Source: a virus. Taken from it: a DNA stretch of 64,000 bases. Every line of letters begins with the position of its first letter. The first letter of the stretch is position 1. The notes under the pieces are model-generated. The model worked only from the letters and a program-made list of their open reading frames with translations, ran no database searches and was not told where the DNA came from. This document shows positions 57,426 through 64,000 of this stretch, in pieces. The stretch covers positions 1 through 64,000 of IMG/VR virus record IMGVR_UViG_3300037264_002228; one strand, given 5' to 3'. The translations under genes and the position numbers were made by a program.

Positions 57426-60400
57426 ATGAGCAATGAACAGAAACATGTTCCTGCGTCCTTAAACATGGATGCTAGGAATTTTCTGCATGCTATTAACAAC
57501 TCGGCCCAGAGCAAAGTTGTTTTCTTTGAAAGCGTTGTGAAACGCTTGGGCCAAGAAGCGAAAAAGAATTTTCGGTTAGTTGCACTGCAGCCAGCTAGCT
57601 TGATGTTCGAGGATGCCAACACACATGATTATTATGTTGGTGACATCAAGAAAGATGGTGTCCGCTATACAATTGACAATATTAAGAAAATTAATGTTGT
57701 TGAAGAAAAGAAAGCTGATCTATTCGAAAAGAATTGCAGCGATCTTGTTAGCGCGATATCTGAACAAGACTTTAAGAGTGCTGAAAAAACATTTAATAGA
57801 ATTGAGCTTCAGCGCTTCCGTAGTCGTGTAATCCCAGAGAGTGGATACGTGATGACACGTGACGGTGAAGTCCGTAAGGTTAATCTAAATAATGGCACAG
57901 TAAAAGAAAGTAATATCCCGCTCATTGTCAAAGCGTTCGCTGATGCAGTAACTGACTCAGTTGAACTTTCAGAAGGTCAAGTTGTTAGTGGTACATTTAC
58001 AGAAACTGGTGAACAATTTGTTATTCCTATTGATGAATTAGCTCGCCGTCGTGTTGTGGCTCGCAAGATGCGCCAAGTCGCAGAAAGCGCGCACCACTCA
58101 CCATCTTTCCAGAAATTAGTTGCTAATGTTGCGGCTTTGGTATCTGAACAAAAAGTTGCCGCTGCTGTTGAAATGGCCGCTAAGTTCTTGAAAGAAGAGC
58201 AAGAATTCTGCCTATTAGGCGCTAATGGTGTTTATAAATTAGTTGAATCAGCTCTTGCAACTCAAATGGAATTTAATTCATTCCTAGTAAACGACGTTGC
58301 AATGTTGATGCATAAAACAAATCTAAAGGTTAATCGAGACTCAATAGTTGAATGCTGGTCTAAGACAGCTCAAAAGGCTCAGAATGCTGAGCTTTTAACG
58401 AAAGCAAAGAATCTATCAGAATCTGAGAGCTTTGCTTCTGATTATGAGGTATTCTTGGAATCAGTATTCAATGAAACTGGTGATATTGATTCAAACCGCG
58501 CAAAAGCTTATTTGACATCTTTACGTGTTATTCGTGGTGTTCTAAAACACATGGAAGGCCAGGAACAACTAGTACAAGATATGGACCGTATGGTTGGTGC
58601 ATTAGAGACTGACCAACCTGCTACAGACGTGATTCAACAAGCCGAAGAACTATTGGCTAGCTTGAGTGACGAAATTGTCGGAAGAGTTGATAATCTCAGC
58701 AATTTCGACCGTATGCCAGGGGTTGAGGAAGAGCCAATGCCTGGTGATGGAATGGAAGGCGAAGAAGGCGAAGAGCCACCAGTTCCTCTGCCTGAATTGG
58801 GTGATGAAACTGCTGGCCCTGAAGTACCTGGAATGTCTGCTGATGAATTTGGTAACGCTATGGGCGCTCCAATGGAACCAGCAATGGCTGGCATGGAATC
58901 AAAGAAGAAAGTATCAAAACCTCTATCTGAGGGTGAATTCACTCCAGTAGAGAGAATGAGCGTTCTTGAATTACAAGAAGAGCTATTAAGCTGGAAGACA
59001 GATGGTCATATCTTCCTTAAAGAAGATGGATTTGAAGATTGCTATGGTCAACTAAATCGTTATATTGACCGTTGCATGTCACTCGGTCAACCAGCTGATC
59101 CAGTCCGTGAAGCGTTTGAACAAATCCGTGATGTCGTTATCGATTCTGGTAATGACGTCGACTTAGACATGCCACATGATCCATATGCTAAGGCTGTGAA
59201 TCTGAAGGAAGGCGCTAAGATTAAGGATTACATGCCAGTCTTTGAAGATCTTGGTGGACTAGCTGGTCCAGCAAAGGGTGTAAAACATGGTAGTGATGCC
59301 TCTGGCATGAATGAGCTACAAGATGGTGAAGGCCTCTCTAAGAAGGAAACTAAGAAAGTCGATGGCACTGATGCTAGTGGCGCGCCAAGCGCAACTGGCG
59401 CTGAGAGTCAAGAAGTTGGTCTCGGTATGTCGAAAGACCATCAGAGCAAGACCAAAGGTCTTGCGTCCAAAGACTTGAAGAAAGTTAGTGGCCAAGATGC
59501 TTCTAATACGCCAAATCCAGGTGGCGCTGTAAAGGGCGACCCAGATATGGCAAAGGATTTGCTTGATAAATCAAAGAGCATCGCTGAAGGATCATTTATT
59601 GACAAAATAGCAGCTACTCTTGGTGAAGAAGAGTTTAAATTAGGTACAACTCATAAGAGTGGCGCTGGTTATACTAAGGGTCATGATCTTAAGATGGATG
59701 AGCTGCAAGGTAGCGATGGCGTTGATGGTGATGACTTGAAGAAAGTCGATGGCACTAGCGCCGCTGGTACTCCTTCCGCTAAGGGCGCAGAGGGTGGTGA
59801 CACCGATATGGCCAAAGACTTCCAGGACAAGACAGATGGTTTAGCTGAATCTGAAGAAGGTGGCGAAGTTGTCTCTGAGGTACCAGAGAATGAAGAGGCA
59901 GCTACAGAGGATCAGCACAAAGGCCCACGTCAGCACAAATGGGGCCGCAAAAAGGCAGCTCTTGCTCCACGCGAAGTGAAGAAAGAGAGTGTCGAAGGAA
60001 TAGCGAACTCATTAAGTGAAGATGTTGCTATCTTTAAGACCGATGATCGTCTTGATGACGTAATCATGAAGGTATTGGAGCACATGAAGGGCGATGAACC
60101 AATGGGTGTTGATGCTGGCATGATGCCACCAGCACCAGTTGGCGATATGCCTCCAGGCGATATGCCTCCAGGCGATATGGGTATGCCTCCAGGCGATGGT
60201 ATGCCTGCAGGTGATATGGGTATGCCTCCAGGCGACATGATGGGCGGTGACGAAGAGGCCGTTGGCCATACGTTCGATGCTGAAAATATGGCCGCAGGAA
60301 TTCCACCAGAGGGCGCTCCAGGCCATGATGAAATGGAATCACCAGAAGAAAAAGCAGCCGAATCTGAAGCAGGTGGTCCACCTTCATTCGTAAAGGACGA

Positions 60401-60665
60401 AAAGAAGGATGAGAAGAAGGGTCCACCACCTCCTAAGAAGGAAAAGAAGGACGACGACAAGGAAGAGAAAGGCGAAAAAAAGGAAAAGAAGGACGACAAG
60501 GACGACAAGAAAGAGAAGAAAGAGTCTTTCGACGCCGCTCTTAATAACAAATTAGGAACATTGACCGAAGAAGGTTATTGTGTTGATTGCGATCAGAAGG
60601 GCGACAAATGTAAGTGCCCTCCGATGTGCAAGAAATGTGGTCAAGACAAATGTGAGTGCAAATAA
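57426..60665 (+). CDS. Very large acidic prohead core/scaffold-like protein
   Basis: Lies between portal and protease; acidic, with internal repeats and a Cys-rich C-terminus. Confidence 0.55.
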   Translation: MSNEQKHVPASLNMDARNFLHAINNSAQSKVVFFESVVKRLGQEAKKNFRLVALQPASLMFEDANTHDYYVGDIKKDGVRYTIDNIKKINVVEEKKADLFEKNCSDLVSAISEQDFKSAEKTFNRIELQRFRSRVIPESGYVMTRDGEVRKVNLNNGTVKESNIPLIVKAFADAVTDSVELSEGQVVSGTFTETGEQFVIPIDELARRRVVARKMRQVAESAHHSPSFQKLVANVAALVSEQKVAAAVEMAAKFLKEEQEFCLLGANGVYKLVESALATQMEFNSFLVNDVAMLMHKTNLKVNRDSIVECWSKTAQKAQNAELLTKAKNLSESESFASDYEVFLESVFNETGDIDSNRAKAYLTSLRVIRGVLKHMEGQEQLVQDMDRMVGALETDQPATDVIQQAEELLASLSDEIVGRVDNLSNFDRMPGVEEEPMPGDGMEGEEGEEPPVPLPELGDETAGPEVPGMSADEFGNAMGAPMEPAMAGMESKKKVSKPLSEGEFTPVERMSVLELQEELLSWKTDGHIFLKEDGFEDCYGQLNRYIDRCMSLGQPADPVREAFEQIRDVVIDSGNDVDLDMPHDPYAKAVNLKEGAKIKDYMPVFEDLGGLAGPAKGVKHGSDASGMNELQDGEGLSKKETKKVDGTDASGAPSATGAESQEVGLGMSKDHQSKTKGLASKDLKKVSGQDASNTPNPGGAVKGDPDMAKDLLDKSKSIAEGSFIDKIAATLGEEEFKLGTTHKSGAGYTKGHDLKMDELQGSDGVDGDDLKKVDGTSAAGTPSAKGAEGGDTDMAKDFQDKTDGLAESEEGGEVVSEVPENEEAATEDQHKGPRQHKWGRKKAALAPREVKKESVEGIANSLSEDVAIFKTDDRLDDVIMKVLEHMKGDEPMGVDAGMMPPAPVGDMPPGDMPPGDMGMPPGDGMPAGDMGMPPGDMMGGDEEAVGHTFDAENMAAGIPPEGAPGHDEMESPEEKAAESEAGGPPSFVKDEKKDEKKGPPPPKKEKKDDDKEEKGEKKEKKDDKDDKKEKKESFDAALNNKLGTLTEEGYCVDCDQKGDKCKCPPMCKKCGQDKCECK
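60120..60245 (+). repeat. Coding PPGDM/GDMGM repeats
   Basis: GGCGATATGCCTCCA-type units. Confidence 0.85.
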
Positions 60666-60674
60666 GGTAAATCG

Positions 60675-61355
60675 ATGATAATTTCAAGATCTTCTGTTGC
60701 ACAAACTGGCCAATTAGGCAATTATCAATTGCTGCGTGAATCAATACCATTACTAATAGTTAAATCTGAAAGCGTAATGGTTGAGGACGCAAATGGCCAG
60801 AAGCGTCCAACTCTGCGTTTGGCTGGTCGTTTTCAATACGGCAATAAGCCAAACTCAAATGGCCGTATCTATGAATCTGCTATTTTAAAACAAGCAGTAT
60901 CTGAGATTCAAGAAGACCTTAAAGCACGTAGAATTTTAGGCGAATTCGATCATCCACCAGATGCTAAGATTCATTTGGATCGTATTAGTCACGTTCTAAC
61001 TAAGCTGTGGATGGAAGGTGATGAAGTTCTTGGCGAACTAGAAGTTCTAGAAAAAACACCATGTGGAGCTATTCTAAAAGGTTTAGTTGAGAGTGGTGTT
61101 AGTATTGGTATTAGTTCTCGTGGCGTTGGCGATATGGAAGCTGCAATGGTTGAAGGCCAAGAATATTATAAAGTTATGCCTGGATTTACATTTGTAACGT
61201 TTGACGTTGTTGCAGAACCAAGCGTCCATGGTAGTTATCTTAATGTTATGGAATCTCGTAATAGACTCATGAAAGACAAGCAGATTTCTGAGTCGTTTAA
61301 AACTAAAGAACGCAATGTTCTTAAAGAGATTCATAATTATTTCAATAAGATTTAA
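60675..61355 (+). CDS. Prohead core protease (gp21-like)
   Basis: N.NGRIY, LGEFDHP, ISH, TPCG, GISSRG.G, FDVVAEPS. Confidence 0.95.
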   Translation: MIISRSSVAQTGQLGNYQLLRESIPLLIVKSESVMVEDANGQKRPTLRLAGRFQYGNKPNSNGRIYESAILKQAVSEIQEDLKARRILGEFDHPPDAKIHLDRISHVLTKLWMEGDEVLGELEVLEKTPCGAILKGLVESGVSIGISSRGVGDMEAAMVEGQEYYKVMPGFTFVTFDVVAEPSVHGSYLNVMESRNRLMKDKQISESFKTKERNVLKEIHNYFNKI

Positions 61356-61424
61356 ATAATCAGATTGATCTCTATTTGCAAATATATTATAACTTTCGTA
61401 GTTTGAGAGTACCTTGAGGAATAT

Positions 61425-62291
61425 ATGAGTTATCCAGATCCTTATCCAGATTATGATGATCAACATAAAGACAAATTTTTAGAAATAGAACCAGATACTG
61501 ATGATGTTCAAGTTCCACCACAACCTAAACCAGAAGGTCTTCATGATGAAGATGAATTTACAAATGATCAGCAGGACCCGGAATTCAACACGTGGGGGAA
61601 ACGTGTATATAATTGGGTTTTAGAAAAATGGAATTCTGGTGAATTTAATGAGGACAATAAAGACAGTATTACTGTTGATCAAGCAAAAACCATGTTTAGT
61701 AGAGATACCGGGATCGATCTAATAAAACAACCTAATGCTCATTATGCTGAGGCGGTATTTTGGTCAAACGATGACATGTTTAATACTGATGTAGAATCAT
61801 ATTTTAATGAATCTAAAAAGTCTAATCCATGGGCTATTTGCACCAACTCCGTTGGTCGTGAAAACAAAAAGAAATATGAGAGATGCATTATGTCAGTAAA
61901 GAAAAAGACTAATTACAAAGAATCTGTTGATCCAGTTCAGCAAATTGCTGAAATGTTAACAGATGACCCAGATGTAATGGTTGGTGATTTTGATGATGAA
62001 CAATCAAATGATGTTGGTACACTAACTGCAGAGCCGCCAATTGCTGAGCCAGTTGCTGAGCCAGCACAAGATTTGGATGTTAACGAGTTTGATGCTGCTT
62101 TAGATAGGATCTTAGCAGACATGGGAGGCCCAACTGGTGGGCCGACCACAAAACCGGTTGAACCAGAAACAATGCCTGATGTAGATCCTGGCGCTCCTGG
62201 CGCTCCTACTGAACCATCTGAGCCAGACCCTTTTACACCAACAAGACCAGCAGTTATGCCAGAACCAAAAGCGAGAACAAACAGGTATTAA
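61425..62291 (+). CDS. Acidic, Pro-rich hypothetical head-region protein
   Basis: 288-aa ORF; RBS GAGG; NPWAIC...KYERCI segment. Confidence 0.65.
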   Translation: MSYPDPYPDYDDQHKDKFLEIEPDTDDVQVPPQPKPEGLHDEDEFTNDQQDPEFNTWGKRVYNWVLEKWNSGEFNEDNKDSITVDQAKTMFSRDTGIDLIKQPNAHYAEAVFWSNDDMFNTDVESYFNESKKSNPWAICTNSVGRENKKKYERCIMSVKKKTNYKESVDPVQQIAEMLTDDPDVMVGDFDDEQSNDVGTLTAEPPIAEPVAEPAQDLDVNEFDAALDRILADMGGPTGGPTTKPVEPETMPDVDPGAPGAPTEPSEPDPFTPTRPAVMPEPKARTNRY

Positions 62292-63329
62292 ATGAATATC
62301 ATTGAATTGGCATTTTTTAATGACGATGAACTACTTCTTGAAATGCATCCATCAATACAAAATGCATTTGAGAAGGGTACTCATCCATTAGCAAAACATC
62401 CAGTGTTTAGTAAACATGGTCAAAAAATGTCTAATGACCAATATATTCATTTAATGGCACAATATAAATCAAGGTCTGGTAAAGAACAGTTTGATCCAAA
62501 TGACGTCATGACTACGTATAGGGCCATTACGTCTATAGAAAGAATGCATCAGAACGAATTAAAACAACTGGCAATTAAAATAGTGTGCCAAGTATGGAAA
62601 GTCGATCCATCATTATTTGCTGAGCCAGAATTAACACAAAATATTAGTATTGGTGGTGATGATGAAGACGCAGAAGAGGAAGTTGAAGAAGAATTGACAC
62701 CAGAACAACTAGAAGAAGTAGAAAAGCGCATTACAATGAACATGTTGACCCATGGTAGTTCTATTCATATGATGACTACTATGTATCATTTGGCAAAAGA
62801 TGCATTAGAAAAGATGGATTCAAGACTTATAAAACTATATGATGTATTTAGTACTGGTGCTAATTTAAGTTCTTGGTATATGAATATAGAGAACATGCTA
62901 CAATTAATGGGTGTAATGACAGGTGGCACTGAAGAGGTTGAGTGGGAAGGCGACAAGCCAAAAATCAAAGCAAAAGCTATGATGTTTCCAATCTTATTGC
63001 ACGAAATGTCTAAGGGTGTGATGGAAGTATTAACGATGCATCAGTTATCATCGTTAGAACCAGACACTCTTAAGAAAGTATATAAGCACGCTGACAAATA
63101 TGAACACGAATTTTTCCATTTCTTTGTTGGGCCAGCTGTGTGGAGAAAATTCATTAGAGTAGTACCTAAAGATAAACTGGCGCGTGTTATTGCTGCTTTA
63201 TCTAATCCAAAATTAAAATCTAAAGATGTAACTGCATTTATTAATGCCACAATTGAAGATTCTGAGTTGGCTGTTCAGATGATTAATGATTTGGTGCGTG
63301 ATCCAAAAGGCACAGTTGAAAATCTATGA
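62292..63329 (+). CDS. Hypothetical protein (possible head protein)
   Basis: 345-aa ORF; FPILLHEMSKG.ME. Confidence 0.65.
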   Translation: MNIIELAFFNDDELLLEMHPSIQNAFEKGTHPLAKHPVFSKHGQKMSNDQYIHLMAQYKSRSGKEQFDPNDVMTTYRAITSIERMHQNELKQLAIKIVCQVWKVDPSLFAEPELTQNISIGGDDEDAEEEVEEELTPEQLEEVEKRITMNMLTHGSSIHMMTTMYHLAKDALEKMDSRLIKLYDVFSTGANLSSWYMNIENMLQLMGVMTGGTEEVEWEGDKPKIKAKAMMFPILLHEMSKGVMEVLTMHQLSSLEPDTLKKVYKHADKYEHEFFHFFVGPAVWRKFIRVVPKDKLARVIAALSNPKLKSKDVTAFINATIEDSELAVQMINDLVRDPKGTVENL

Positions 63330-64000
63330 AATTAGTTTGTTTATTAGAAGATATAACAGCTAAACTTGAGAATCTTAAAAAGATTTTACTTGGTAAGAAA
63401 TCTATATGGCTACAACGTAAATTAAAAAGACCTGTTGATGCATCTATACATGAGCCTGTTGCAGGAGCATCGTCAATTACGCCAGAACTACAACAAGCAG
63501 CTGCTGAAGAAATTAAAAACTCTGCACAATGGGATCCAACAACTAGACGTGAATTAGATGGCATATTCATACAGTTTATCGTAAGAAATATTGCCAACAA
63601 TAGCATAAAACTGCCTGAAGATGGCCCACCATTGAAAGAAACATTAGACACATTTGTTAAAGCATCTAAAAAGGGTAGTTGGATAGACAAAAAAGATATC
63701 ATGCAATTTACTGATTGGCGTGAATTGCAGCGTTCAACGATGGAATGGACAAAGAAAAACCAAGAAGGTAGTAGACCATCATCTGAAACCGAATGGGTTA
63801 AAAGAGCCAAAGCAGGATCTGAGAAAATAACAGAATTTGATATTACAACCACAGGCGGTAATGTGCCTGGTAATAAACATTATGTTGTGATTCAATTAAA
63901 CACACCAATTGCAGTAACGGTGTATGGTAGGGGCACACAATGGTGTACATCTTGCTCATTATATAAGACGATAAGGCCACATGAGCTAGAACAAAATCTT
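63326..64000 (+). CDS. Hypothetical protein, 3'-truncated by the window (possible internal head protein)
   Basis: ATG overlaps the previous TGA; MKLVCLLED...YGRGTQWCTS; open to the end of the window, so absent from the track. Confidence 0.7.
   Translation, partial: MKLVCLLEDITAKLENLKKILLGKKSIWLQRKLKRPVDASIHEPVAGASSITPELQQAAAEEIKNSAQWDPTTRRELDGIFIQFIVRNIANNSIKLPEDGPPLKETLDTFVKASKKGSWIDKKDIMQFTDWRELQRSTMEWTKKNQEGSRPSSETEWVKRAKAGSEKITEFDITTTGGNVPGNKHYVVIQLNTPIAVTVYGRGTQWCTSCSLYKTIRPHELEQNL

Noticed and set aside
1-64000. Stop-codon reassignment
   Set aside because: Conserved genes are full length in code 11, and TAA, TAG and TGA all end genes at sensible boundaries
1-64000. tRNA, rRNA or other structured RNA genes
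   Set aside because: Intergenic gaps are short and no cloverleaf or T-loop pattern was seen; tRNAscan/Infernal not run

Overview
A 64 kb segment of an AT-rich, T4-superfamily-like large myovirus (probably a jumbo phage), read in the standard genetic code and almost entirely on the + strand. From left to right: the 3' end of a serine-rich repeat gene whose true frame is 3..944, not the 10..957 ORF in the track; a run of glycosyltransferase, Maf-like and methyltransferase genes; the gp47/gp46 (Mre11/Rad50) nuclease; two divergent sigma-like genes; a nucleotide cassette (nucleoside deoxyribosyltransferase-like, DeoC-like, DEDDh exonuclease and an adenylosuccinate-synthase paralogue with PurZ signatures); thyX; neck, sheath, tube, tape measure and baseplate genes; class II RNR; a UvsW-like helicase; a gp55-like sigma; terminase; portal; a 1079-aa acidic head protein; the prohead protease; and probable internal head proteins. 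The best leads are (i) a PurZ (2-aminoadenine DNA) gene in a myovirus, flanked by an unusual N-glycosidase/aldolase-like/exonuclease cassette rather than DatZ/MazZ/DpoZ; (ii) a candidate virion O-glycosylation system (Ser-rich repeat acceptor plus Maf-like and GT-A transferases plus methyltransferases); (iii) a candidate +1 frameshift (UUU_UUU_CGC) in the tail chaperone; (iv) a tail spike with a C-terminal ADP-ribosyltransferase-like domain; and (v) a late-promoter-like motif fixed 4 nt upstream of start codons, implying leaderless mRNAs. All family assignments come from motif recognition by eye; no database search was run.
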